Origin: Candidatus Latescibacterota bacterium
GTDB lineage: Bacteria; Latescibacterota; UBA2968; GCA-2709665
Assembly (NCBI GenBank): GCA_965208835.1
Contig: OZ242358.1
Location: 1,280,001-1,344,000 of the forward strand
Reading direction: 5' to 3'
Length of the DNA stretch: 64,000 bases
A program made the position numbers and the translations under genes. Shown piece by piece: positions 46,477-56,500 of this stretch. Within the stretch, counting starts at the first letter, position 1, and every line of letters begins with the position of its first letter. The notes under the pieces were generated by a model. The model was not told where the DNA came from and did not search any database. It worked only from the letters and a program-made list of their open reading frames with translations.

Positions 46477-47598
46477 CTACGCCTCCTCCATAAGTTCCAC
46501 AAACCGATCGAAGAGGTATTCGGCGTCGTGCGGACCCGCGGATGCTTCGGGGTGGTATTGTACGCAGAAGATGGGCAGGCGCTTGTGCCGCAACCCTTCC
46601 AGAGTGTTGTCATTCAGGTTGATGTGGGTGACTTCCACCTCGTGGTGGTCCAGCGAATCCGCGTCCACGGCGAAACCGTGGTTCTGGGACGTTATTTCCA
46701 CTTTGCCCGTATCCAGTTCCCGGACCGGCTGGTTGGCGCCGCGATGGCCGAATTTCAGTTTGTACGTCCGTCCGCCGAGCGCCAGACCCAGCAACTGATG
46801 GCCGAGGCAGATGCCAAAGGTCGGTCTGACACGCATAAGTGTACGGATGTTCTCCACCGCATAAGTAAGCGGCTCGGGGTCGCCCGGCCCGTTTGACAGG
46901 AAGACCCCGTCCGGGTCGATTTCCAGCAGCTGATCCGCCGGCGAGTCGGCCGGAAATACGGTGACGTCACAGCCGCGGCTGACGAGGTATCGCAGGATAT
47001 TCCGCTTGACGCCGAAATCGTAGACGGCCACGCGGAATCGGGGGTCTTTCCGGAGCGCTTCCGTCCGCCCGTTCTCATAATCGAACAGGCCTTCGGTCCA
47101 GCGGTAGGGTTCGCTGCAACTGGCCGCGCGGGCAAGGTCCCGTCCCACCATACCCGGCGAATTTCTGGCCTTTTCAACCAGGCTGTTCCGGTCCTGATCC
47201 AGGGTGGACAGGACACTCTTCATCGCGCCTTCGGTGCGGATGCGCCGGGTCAGCGCCCGGGTGTCGATCCCCTGTATGCCCAGGATGTCATTGCGTTTCA
47301 GGTAGTCGCCGAGTGATTCGCAAGAACGCCAGTTGCTGGGCAGTTCGCAATATTCCCTGACCACGAAACCCTCCACCTGGGGCCCGGCGGACTCCACGTC
47401 GTCAGGATTGACGCCGTAGTTTCCAATGAGGGGATAGGTCATGGCGACGATCTGACCCTTGTAGGACGGGTCAGTCAGGATTTCCTGGTACCCGGTGATG
47501 CTGGTATTGAATACGGCCTCGCCCACGCATTCACCGGGCGCGCCGAAGGACTCTCCCTCGTAGCAGGTTCCGTCTTCCAGGGCAAGTATTGCTTTCAT
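46477..47598 (-). CDS. carA: Carbamoyl-phosphate synthase small subunit
   Basis: [45 protein letters not shown]. Confidence 0.97.
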   Translation of the reverse strand: MKAILALEDGTCYEGESFGAPGECVGEAVFNTSITGYQEILTDPSYKGQIVAMTYPLIGNYGVNPDDVESAGPQVEGFVVREYCELPSNWRSCESLGDYLKRNDILGIQGIDTRALTRRIRTEGAMKSVLSTLDQDRNSLVEKARNSPGMVGRDLARAASCSEPYRWTEGLFDYENGRTEALRKDPRFRVAVYDFGVKRNILRYLVSRGCDVTVFPADSPADQLLEIDPDGVFLSNGPGDPEPLTYAVENIRTLMRVRPTFGICLGHQLLGLALGGRTYKLKFGHRGANQPVRELDTGKVEITSQNHGFAVDADSLDHHEVEVTHINLNDNTLEGLRHKRLPIFCVQYHPEASAGPHDAEYLFDRFVELMEEA

Positions 47599-47644
47599 GG
47601 ATGTGGGTCGCTCCTCGGGAGTGCCGGCACTCAGGTTTGTTTAA

Positions 47645-47968
47645 CAGTCCGTTGAAAACGTCGCTCTGAAGGCGAGGTATGGTGTCCCGTCCCGGAAATA
47701 TGTCACCATTCATCCGCCGATTCATCCCGTCTGGCGGCGTTGCCTTCGCTCGGTGACCTTTCGCAGGTCGCCTTGCTCAGACGCCTTGCCAGCCAGGCGA
47801 CTCGGCGTCCGAATTTCGGCAATCTATTTCCGGGTCGGAACACGTGCCATTGTGGGCGAAGACAAGGCGCGCAACCGAGTCCCATCCTTCGATTCGGCGA
47901 GGGCGCGCAACGCAGTATTTCGACCGCAAGGGCCGGCCGTAGTGCGGATGGACTTTTTCAACGGGCTG
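47645..47968 (-). mobile_element. MITE family A, copy A3, carrying a nested MITE
   Basis: A-type TIRs at both ends, flanks TTAA/TCAA; aligns to A1 once 47682-47843 is removed. Confidence 0.85.
47682..47843 (+). mobile_element. MITE family G nested inside A3 (162 bp)
   Basis: 19-bp TIRs GTGTCCCGTCCCGGAAATA / TATTTCCGGGTCGGAACAC (2 mismatches); internal CTGGC-GGCGTTG-N39-CGCCTT-GCCAG. Confidence 0.82.
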
Positions 47969-48005
47969 TCAATGGTCTCCGGTTCGCCGCCTCGCATTGG
48001 GCGCC

Positions 48006-49316
48006 TCAGGCCGTTTGATTTCCGTCGTCGTCCGGGTCGTGGGTCACGCGTCCTCCGAGAATCGTGAGGACTGCCCTGCCGATCAGCGTGTGCCCATGAA
48101 ACGGCGTGTTCCGGGACCTGGAGCGGAACGCACGGGCGTCGACGGTCCAGCTGAGCGATGGATCGATGACCGAGACATCTCCCGGCGCACCTGCAGACAG
48201 GGTGCCGCCGTCAATACCCAGGATCCGTGCGGGCGCCGCGGTAAGCATCCGTATTACGTCGGATGCGCAAAGGATGCCGGGTTCGACAAGATGGGTGAAA
48301 AAGGTCCCCACGGCGGTTTCCAGCCCCAGGATTCCGTTGGGCGCTTCGGGGAAACGCTGGAGTTTTTCCGAAACCGTGTGCGGCGCGTGGTCTGTGGCAA
48401 GTACATCGATGGTGCCGTCGGCGAGTCCCTCGAGCAAAGCGTCGCGATCGTCGGCCGAACGCAGCGGCGGGCTCATCTTGCCCTGCGTTCCGTAGACGGG
48501 CACGTCTTCGTCCGTCAGTGCGATGTGGTGCGGCGTGGCTTCGCATGTAACTTCCAGGTCCTCCGACTTGGCGCGGCGCACGAGATCCACGGCTCGCCGG
48601 ACGCTGATATGGAGAATGTGAAGGCGACCGCCAACCGAGCGCACCAGGTCGATGTCCCGCTCAACCATGGCCGCCTCGCCTTCAGCAGGCATACCACGTA
48701 TGTCCAGTTCGCGCGACACGGCGCCTTCGTGCATGTGCCCGCCCCTCGTGAGCGCGAAAACCTCCGAGTGCGGGCAGACGGGAAACCCGTGCCGTTCCGA
48801 CAGGCGCATGAGATCGCGCATGACGGCGTCGGATTCAATCGGCAGTCCATCGTCGGAGAATCCGACGGCGCCGGCGTCCAGAAGGGCGTCGATATTGGTG
48901 AGTTGCTCCCCGTCCATCCCTTTTGTCGCGCATGCAATCGGATAGACGCGCGCATCCGCATGCCGGGCCTTGTCCAGGATGTATTCGACAGTTTCGGGCG
49001 AATCGATCGGAGGGTCGGTGTTTGGCAGGCAGGCGACCGTGGTGAATCCGCCTGAAGCCGCGGCCCGGCACCCGGTTTCCACGGTTTCCTTCTCGGGGAA
49101 CCCGGGGTCCCGCAGGTGGACGTGCATGTCGATGAGTCCGGGGACGACCAGCATTCCGGTGACGTCGATGACTCGAGCGCCGGCAGGGGGTTCGATTCCT
49201 GCAGCAATACGGTCGATGAGTCCGTCGCGGATAAGAAGGTCCGCGGACGCGTCGACCGCGTTGGCGGGATCGATGATTCTTCCGTTCTTGAGAAGAATTG
49301 ACGTGGCTGGGACCAT
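48006..49316 (-). CDS. pyrC: Dihydroorotase (type I)
   Basis: PGLIDMHVHLRDPG, GGFTTVACLPNT, FSDDG, TCEATPHH, KMSPPLR, ATDHAPH, SRNTPF. Confidence 0.95.
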   Translation of the reverse strand: MVPATSILLKNGRIIDPANAVDASADLLIRDGLIDRIAAGIEPPAGARVIDVTGMLVVPGLIDMHVHLRDPGFPEKETVETGCRAAASGGFTTVACLPNTDPPIDSPETVEYILDKARHADARVYPIACATKGMDGEQLTNIDALLDAGAVGFSDDGLPIESDAVMRDLMRLSERHGFPVCPHSEVFALTRGGHMHEGAVSRELDIRGMPAEGEAAMVERDIDLVRSVGGRLHILHISVRRAVDLVRRAKSEDLEVTCEATPHHIALTDEDVPVYGTQGKMSPPLRSADDRDALLEGLADGTIDVLATDHAPHTVSEKLQRFPEAPNGILGLETAVGTFFTHLVEPGILCASDVIRMLTAAPARILGIDGGTLSAGAPGDVSVIDPSLSWTVDARAFRSRSRNTPFHGHTLIGRAVLTILGGRVTHDPDDDGNQTA

Positions 49317-49355
49317 TAGACAACGGGGGTGCGACGGTGAGGAATTTTGAATGCA

Positions 49356-49384
49356 AAGTTACCGGCGGGGGCTGTTTCTGTCAA
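49356..49384 (-). promoter_or_regulatory. Sigma70-type promoter for pyrC-carA
   Basis: TTGACA-17-TAACTT. Confidence 0.6.
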
Positions 49385-49490
49385 GCGGATTCCTCTTAAG
49401 AAAGGTGTATTGGCGTCACGCGGCTTGCTGTTTCGCAGGACGGTGCGTATCTTTCCCGGAAACGACGTCGAAAACGAATGGAGGCCTCCC

Positions 49491-50621
49491 ATGTTTTCCG
49501 TATTTCTGACTGCGTCGGTATTGATTGCGGTGCTGCTGGGTCCCGCATCGGCCATGGCTTCAACGGAGAAAGGTCCAATGCCGCCTTTTCGTACGTTGCC
49601 CGTACCTGAAGATTTGGAGATTTCATCAGAAGAGGATCGGGCATACCTGGAGAACGTGCTGAAGAGCATCTTCCCGGACGGAACCGGAGGATTGACGGAC
49701 GAGCAGAAAGGGATCGCGATTTTGCGTTACGCGTCGTCTGCTCTCGAACTGAAGAACAACGGCGGGTCCGCCACGAAGATCATAAAGGAGGGCTATGCGA
49801 TCTGCGGCGGGCTCTCGCACGTGCACCGGGTCCTCTGCCGGATGGTGGGGCTGCCTTCCCGGTACATCGGCGCGTTCAATCTCCGTCCGATCATGGGCAG
49901 CCACGCCATCAGCGAGGTGTACTACGACGGGAAATGGCATCTGCTGGACCCCACGTTCGGTCTGTTCTTCTATTCGAGAGAGAATTATGACGGCACGGGA
50001 GAAATCGCGTCCTTCCACGATCTCGTGATGGCGGCGGACCGTTGGACGGCCCTCAAGGTGGTCGAACGGCCGTGGATCGGACGGTACGACGATACGGTCC
50101 GGTCCCACGGGGTTACGGCCGTGGAGGCGGATTACCTGAAGGACAGGTACAAGACGCCGATCCTGGATCTCTACCGGAAATACCTCGCGGAGACATTTCC
50201 GATCGCCTACGGACACAACGACCCGGTGTCCTATCCCGTCGACGCGGACCTGGAAACACAGGAAGAGATGTGGATCGGCGAAGCGGACGGGAGTAACGGC
50301 GACGTCCTGAGATTGGTGACGAACGGATCCGCTTACGTGGGCGGCCACTACCTGGGTGGGTCGTATCCGCCCGGCTTCCATACATGGTCGGTCAGAACCC
50401 CGGGGCCGTGTCGTATACAGATCGAATATTTCAGTACGCACGACAACCCGCCCGTACTCAAGCTGTCTCCGCTGAAGTCGGCGCGAATTGTCTCGGTGCG
50501 CAAGGAGGACAAAAAGGTCGTCCTCGACCTTCAGGCAATCGGGCCGGAGGTTATTGTGTCTGTCTATTGCCCTGAAGGCACGTTTGCCGTGGATGCGATC
50601 AGGGCGGCGCGCATCCGCTGA
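49491..50621 (+). CDS. Secreted transglutaminase-like domain protein
   Basis: GGAGG SD, signal peptide; Cys-His-Asp triad pattern ICGG...VGLPSR...HAISEVYYDGKWHLLDPT. Confidence 0.8.
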   Translation: MFSVFLTASVLIAVLLGPASAMASTEKGPMPPFRTLPVPEDLEISSEEDRAYLENVLKSIFPDGTGGLTDEQKGIAILRYASSALELKNNGGSATKIIKEGYAICGGLSHVHRVLCRMVGLPSRYIGAFNLRPIMGSHAISEVYYDGKWHLLDPTFGLFFYSRENYDGTGEIASFHDLVMAADRWTALKVVERPWIGRYDDTVRSHGVTAVEADYLKDRYKTPILDLYRKYLAETFPIAYGHNDPVSYPVDADLETQEEMWIGEADGSNGDVLRLVTNGSAYVGGHYLGGSYPPGFHTWSVRTPGPCRIQIEYFSTHDNPPVLKLSPLKSARIVSVRKEDKKVVLDLQAIGPEVIVSVYCPEGTFAVDAIRAARIR

Positions 50622-50687
50622 ACAAGCGCGTCCGCGGATCCGCGACAGGACCTCACAGGCGAGCCCCTTCCACAATGGAGCCAGATA

Positions 50688-53183
50688 ATGACCCGGATTC
50701 TGCGTGAGGAACATCCCCGGCTGTACCGTCCGGCCGACGATCCGTTGTACAGGTTCAACCCGCCGGAGGATGAGGCCCGAAAACGTATTCTGGGAAACAT
50801 CCTCGCGGACTGCGAGGAATACCGTTCTCAGCGTCCGTGGAAACGCATCCCCGAACGGCCGGACAGCCCGCACCCGTACCACCAGCTGTACCTCACCTTC
50901 TATACGGGGATGCACGCAACCGCGCTCATGGAGAACTATGCATTCGCGTGGAAGCTGACCGGTGAGCCGCGCTGGCTGAAACGCGCCAGAGACTGGATGC
51001 GGGCGGCGTCTGAGTGGGAGCACAGCGACCGCGTGGAGGAGCATTTCTATACCGCAAATCGCTATATGCAGGCGTTTGCGCTCTCGCTGGACCTGCTGGA
51101 CGATGTGTTGCCGGACGGCGAAAAAGTACGGGCGACGGCGTGCCTCGTTCGGTTGATGGAGCGCTGGTGGCCCGACGTGGAGAGGTCCAGGCATTCGTCC
51201 GACGGACGGCACCACGCCGTGGTCGACAACGGGCACTTCGGCGCGGCGGCCCTGCATCTGCTTGGAAAGCATCCCGATGCGGAAGCGTGGGTGGCGGCCG
51301 TTGTCGACCGGTTTCGTGCCGGGGTGATGCCCAATGGCTGCGGGCGGGACGGCGAGCCCGGAGACGGCGCCTCGTTCTGGCCGTGGGAGAACCTGTGGAT
51401 GCTTCACTTCGCCGACGCGCTGCGAAATGTAACCGGCGAGGATCTCTACAGAGAGTTCCCGAAGCGCCTGGAACGGCCCCTGAAGTGGTTCCGTTACCAC
51501 CTGGCGCCCCCGGAGGTGATCGAAGACAGGGTCTATTATCCGCAGAATTCGAACGTGATTACGGGCAGTCAGCTCAATGCGTGTTCGGTGACCCTGCTTC
51601 GCCTGGCTCAGGAGGCGGGAGACGGGGAGATGCGTGACGTGGCGCTCGGCGATCCGAGATTGGGGAGGCTTTACAGATTCGGAATGGGCGTGAAGGGCAC
51701 CAGTGCCGAGTGCATGGTCTCGTACGGTCCGTATGCGTATTGCTATTGCGATCCGGCGTTCCATCCGTCCCGTCGCAGGCAGGAACTGCCGCTTTCCAGG
51801 ACGTTTATGCGGGCGCACTATGGCGAGGCGGGGATCCTTAGAAGCGGATGGGACAGGGATGCGGTCGTCTGCAGCGTGACCGGATACAAGGGCGGGGGCG
51901 CTCACGGGTATCTGAACCTGCACGCACAGTGGTCCGGTTATCCGGTCCTGAAGTCGATCTCCGCGGAAGAGGCGCAGCCGGTGGCCTGCGGGAGTCTTCC
52001 CTTCGTGGGCGGCCAGAACGAGATCGTTGCGTTTCTGAAGCGGCTGGACAGGCAGGAGCGGTTCGACCGGTTGCGCGTCCAGTCCGTTCGAACGGACCAG
52101 GAATACTGGCTGCTGAAGGGAGCCTGGCCAATCCTGGTGACGGCCTTGAGACGCCGTCGCCGCGGGGTGAAGTTGACGCGAAGACGGAGCGAGGGTTTTG
52201 CGCGATTGAATGGTCGGGACTGTCTGCAGTACGAACGCGGACCTTTCTTCAATCCCAGGGCCGGCGAATTGAAGATGCGTTTCCGGCTGAATGGCGAGCC
52301 AGGTAAAGACGGGCCAGGGGTTCTGTTCAATACGGGAATCGGCGTGGGGCGCGTGATGGGAAGCCGGGTGAACAATTACTCGCTGGCGATAATGGAAGGA
52401 AACGCGCTCACGTTCGTCGTACAGAGCCAGCGAAATACGTCGGTTGAGATGACGTCGCCCGTGAAGATCGAAACCGGCACGTGGCACGACGCGGCCATCC
52501 GTTGGGGCGGGTTCAACCGCCGGGGGGACAGTCCGTTCATCGAGATCGAAGTCGACGGCAGCAGGAACCGGTTCGACGATCCCGCGGTTTTCGGAGAACT
52601 GGGCGTGGATTCGCAGAACCTCGAATCGCGCGACGAGCCCAGGACGTTCTACATCAAGTCGAATACGGTGCTCGCCTTCGGCGGCGCGGTCCAGATGCCC
52701 GGGACAGGGTTGAAATGCGATCTCGCCATGCTGGACCTGAAGTGCCCCGGGCGCCGGCGACTGAAGGTGGATTTCGAGACGGACATGGGGCCCGAAACGG
52801 GAAGCGCTGCGTTTGGTTGGAAATTGAACCCGGTGGACCTGCGGGACGTGCGGTCAGACCTGGCGCAGTTCGGTGCGGGCGAGCGGACCGTCGACGTAAT
52901 GCCGCTTTTCGGCGAGGGCGCCTGTTGCGAGCAGGAGGAGGTCCCCTTCGCACCCGCCGGACTGGCGGCGGGAAGCCTGAAGAGCTTCGTCCCGGGCGGA
53001 CGGGACCCCAGCACGCGCACGCGTCTTTGGACACCCGGGGACGTCCTGGTCTTCGCGTTCCTGGATCACAGCCTTAACGCGCAGGTGACAGCAGACGAGA
53101 ATGGATTCGTGTTCGGGGCGGGCAACGATCGCTACGCGTTCGACGTCAATGGAACGGGCGAGGATATCCTCACCATGATTTAA
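50688..53183 (+). CDS. Heparinase II/III / DUF4962-like lyase-fold protein with LamG-like insert
   Basis: Helical N-terminus 'AFAWKLTGEPRWLKRARDW', 'DGEPGDGASFW', 'GILRSGW'; LamG-like 'GTWHDAAIRWG...IEVDG'. Confidence 0.55.
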   Translation: MTRILREEHPRLYRPADDPLYRFNPPEDEARKRILGNILADCEEYRSQRPWKRIPERPDSPHPYHQLYLTFYTGMHATALMENYAFAWKLTGEPRWLKRARDWMRAASEWEHSDRVEEHFYTANRYMQAFALSLDLLDDVLPDGEKVRATACLVRLMERWWPDVERSRHSSDGRHHAVVDNGHFGAAALHLLGKHPDAEAWVAAVVDRFRAGVMPNGCGRDGEPGDGASFWPWENLWMLHFADALRNVTGEDLYREFPKRLERPLKWFRYHLAPPEVIEDRVYYPQNSNVITGSQLNACSVTLLRLAQEAGDGEMRDVALGDPRLGRLYRFGMGVKGTSAECMVSYGPYAYCYCDPAFHPSRRRQELPLSRTFMRAHYGEAGILRSGWDRDAVVCSVTGYKGGGAHGYLNLHAQWSGYPVLKSISAEEAQPVACGSLPFVGGQNEIVAFLKRLDRQERFDRLRVQSVRTDQEYWLLKGAWPILVTALRRRRRGVKLTRRRSEGFARLNGRDCLQYERGPFFNPRAGELKMRFRLNGEPGKDGPGVLFNTGIGVGRVMGSRVNNYSLAIMEGNALTFVVQSQRNTSVEMTSPVKIETGTWHDAAIRWGGFNRRGDSPFIEIEVDGSRNRFDDPAVFGELGVDSQNLESRDEPRTFYIKSNTVLAFGGAVQMPGTGLKCDLAMLDLKCPGRRRLKVDFETDMGPETGSAAFGWKLNPVDLRDVRSDLAQFGAGERTVDVMPLFGEGACCEQEEVPFAPAGLAAGSLKSFVPGGRDPSTRTRLWTPGDVLVFAFLDHSLNAQVTADENGFVFGAGNDRYAFDVNGTGEDILTMI

Positions 53184-53218
53184 GGGAGCATGTAGGGATT
53201 TCAGCGGCCACTCGCCGA

Positions 53219-53392
53219 CCCTTCGGCAATCCTTCGGCATTTCGACAAGCTCAATGCAGGCGGGCTCAGGACAACGGCTCAGGGAGCGGCTCGGGGCGCC
53301 CCACGGGGGCTTGCGGCGAAACACTTTGGCCGCGGGCTAAATGACGTTCGTTGAGCAATTCGATGCGTGGTCATTGAGCTTGTCGAAATGCC
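53219..53392. repeat. Cluster of nested TTCG-N-GCTCA REP-like hairpins with an inverted partner
   Basis: CCCTTCG..TCCTTCG..CATTTCGACAAGCTCAATG..GCTCAGGA..GCTCAGGG; perfect 21-bp inverted copy at 53372-53392. Confidence 0.8.
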
Positions 53393-53451
53393 CGCGATTG
53401 TAAATGTGGTGAACGTCGCTTGGAATCCCTTCCAGGTTGGTTTTTTGTCTT

Positions 53452-53476
53452 GTAGGGGCGTCCCTTGTGGGCGCCC
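53452..53476 (+). repeat. GTAG-type REP hairpin
   Basis: GTAG-GGGCGTCC-cttgt-GGGCGCCC. Confidence 0.65.
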
Positions 53477-53514
53477 GGTTTTCGCGGGCGACATCATTTT
53501 CACGATACTTGAAC

Positions 53515-56500
53515 ATGCATCCCAATTCTCCCAATTGTTACATTTCAATTGACCTGGAGGTCGGAAAGAACGACGGCCGCATCCGTGCTTTCGCTGCGGT
53601 TCGCACGGACACCGATCGGTCCATGATCTTCCAGACGGGGAAAATGACAACGGCGTTGGCGGAACTCGACGATTTCGCCAAAGGCGCGGATTTCCTGCTC
53701 GGCCATAACCTGATTGCCTTCGATCTGCCGCATCTCGCAGCGGCGAATTCGAACCTGCGGCTGTTGAAACTGCCTGCCGTCGATACACTGAAACTGAACC
53801 CTCTCGCCTTTCCTCGCAATCCCTATCACCACCTCGTGAAGCACTACCAGGACCCTCAACTCAGACAAGGGCGCTTAAACGACCCGGAACTCGACGCGCG
53901 CCTCGCCCTGGATGTTTTTCGCGACCAGCGCAGGGCATTGGAGACGGTCATTCGGGACACCCCGGACCTTCCCCTGGCGTGGCACTGGCTCACGTCGACC
54001 GCGGGTGACGGTTCAGGCATCGACGCGTTTTCCGGAAATGAAGCGACCGGTCTCGACGCATTGTTCTCCGCGCTGCGACGGAATCAACGGCCTTCGGACG
54101 CCGAGGCAAGCGCAGCCATAGGCAGCCTCTTGAATGGCAACGCCTGTCAGAACAGCGGCCAGGTTGTCATTCAAAATCCCAAAGAGTTCGGCTGGCCTCT
54201 TGCTTACGCCATCGCCTGGCTGTCGGTCGCCGGGGGCAATTCGGTGATGCCGCCGTGGGTACGGCATCAGTTCCCGGATGCCGGTAAGCTCGTTCGCCGG
54301 TTGCGGGACAGGCCGTGCGGCGAGTCGGACTGCGAATGGTGCAATGAGCGGCACGACCCGCGTAAGGAACTGAAGCGATGGTTCGGATTCGACGACTTTC
54401 GACCGGAACCAGCCGACAAAGACGGTCGCCCGATGCAGCAGAACATCTGCGAAGCTGCAATGGCGGGCGATCACGTTCTGGGCATCCTTCCAACCGGAAC
54501 CGGAAAGTCACTTTGTTACCAAATTCCCGCTCTGTCTCGCTATGACAAGATTGGCGCGCTGACCGTGGTGATTTCGCCGCTCGTCGCACTCATGGCTGAC
54601 CAGGTTGCCGGGCTGGAAGCAAGGGGAATATCCTCCTGTGTGGCCATCAACGGACTGCTATCGATGCCCGAACGCGCCGATGCGCTGGACCGGGTGCGTC
54701 TCGGGGACGCCGGGATGGTACTCGTTTCGCCCGAGCAACTCCGCAGTCACTCCTTCCGTCGTGTCCTGGACCAACGCGAAATCGGCGCGTGGGTGCTGGA
54801 CGAAGCCCATTGCCTCTCGCGATGGGGCCACGATTTCCGTCCCGATTACCGCTATATAGGACGGTTCATCCGTGAGAAGGCGGGAGAGGAGCCGATCCCC
54901 CCGGTGATATGCCTGACGGCGACCGCAAAGCCCGACGTCGTCGCCGACATCAGACAGCATTTTCAGGACGAGTTACAGATCGAGTTAAGCGTGTTCGACG
55001 GCGGGGCCCAGCGTACGAATCTGGAATTCGTGGTCGTGAAGACGACCGAACCGGAGAAATTCGCGCACATCCATCAGATACTGATGGCGGACCTGCCGCC
55101 GGATACCCCCGGGGGCGCCATCGTCTATTGCGCAACGCGACGCCAGACGGAAGAGGCGGCGCAGTTCCTCCAAATGAAGGACGTTGCCGCGGAATACTTT
55201 CACGCGGGGCTGCAGCCTGAGACCAAGAAGAGCGTGCAGCAGCGATTCATCGAGGGCGAGTTGCGGGTGATTACGGCCACCAATGCCTTCGGCATGGGCA
55301 TCGACAAACCGGACGTGCGCCTGGTGATTCACGCGGACATTCCCGGTTCGCTGGAGAACTACATGCAGGAGGCCGGCCGCGCGGGGCGGGACCGAAAGAC
55401 CGCGCGATGCGTACTCCTTTACACGCCGGAGGACGTGGAACGGCAGTTCGGCATGTCGGCATATTCGCGGCTCACAAGGCGGGAGATCCACGGTGTCCTG
55501 AGGGCACTCCGAAATCTGGACCGCAAGAAACGGCTTGGCGGTGAGGTTGTTGCTACAACAGGTGAGATCCTTGGTGAAGACCACGAAAATGCCTTCGAAC
55601 GGGACTCCGCCACGGACGATACACGTGTACGAACCGCCGTCTCCTGGCTGGAAGAAACGGTATTGTTGTCCCGGGAGGAAAACCGGGTACAGGTATTCCC
55701 ATCGTCTCTGCGAGTCAACACAGTGAAGGAGGCAAGTGCCAAGTTCCAGAGGCGAAGGATTGCAGAGGGATATCGACGGCAGTTGCTGAGAATCGTCGAA
55801 GCACTCATCGATGCGGATCCCGACGAGGGTATCTCTACGGACGAACTGATGGGCGTGTCCGGGTTGAGTCCCGAAGGCGTACGTCGCGCCATGTACGATC
55901 TCGAGCAGCTCGGTATCGCCAGCAATGATACTGCACTTACTGCCTTTGTTCATGCTGGCGTGGCGCGAAACTCACGGAAGCGCTTTGATGAAGCGGTGGA
56001 GCTGGAGAATGGTTTGATCGCGCAGATGCGGGAGACCGCACCTGATATGAGCAAGGGAGACAAGTGGCCACTCTTTTTGCGCCTTGCCTCTCAGAAGCTG
56101 CGAGACGAGGATGTGGCCGATCCCCTTCCCGAGAGACTGTGGCGCATCTTGCGCAGTATCGCCAATGACGGCCGCGGTGAAGGCGGTGACGCGGGCAGTC
56201 TGGGTATACGACGGCGAGACCCCGATACCGTGAACCTCGAACTGCGACGCGAGTGGACGAGCCTCGCAGAACTCGCGTCGCGCCGGCGTGCAGGGGCGAA
56301 ACTCCTGCTCGATCACCTGCTGTCCTGCCTGCCCCCCAACGCTCGCGGCACGGACCTGCTCGCCGAGACGACCCTCGGCAAGCTGCTCGCCGCGATCACG
56401 TCGGATATCGTCCTGAAGAGCAGGAATCCGGAAAAACTGCTGGATCGCGCCCTTTTGTGGCTCCACGAGCAGGAGGTCATACGACTCCACAAGGGCCTCG

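Noticed and set aside
47599-48005. Structured pyrC-carA spacer as a PyrR attenuator or riboswitch
   Set aside because: Explained by nested MITEs with homologues elsewhere in the window; no PyrR binding-loop motif seen.
49626-52487. 953-aa minus-strand ORF
   Set aside because: Antisense shadow of two plus-strand genes with recognisable motifs; it has none itself. The same applies to 1064-2548, 4778-6112, 30295-31458 and 39397-40812.
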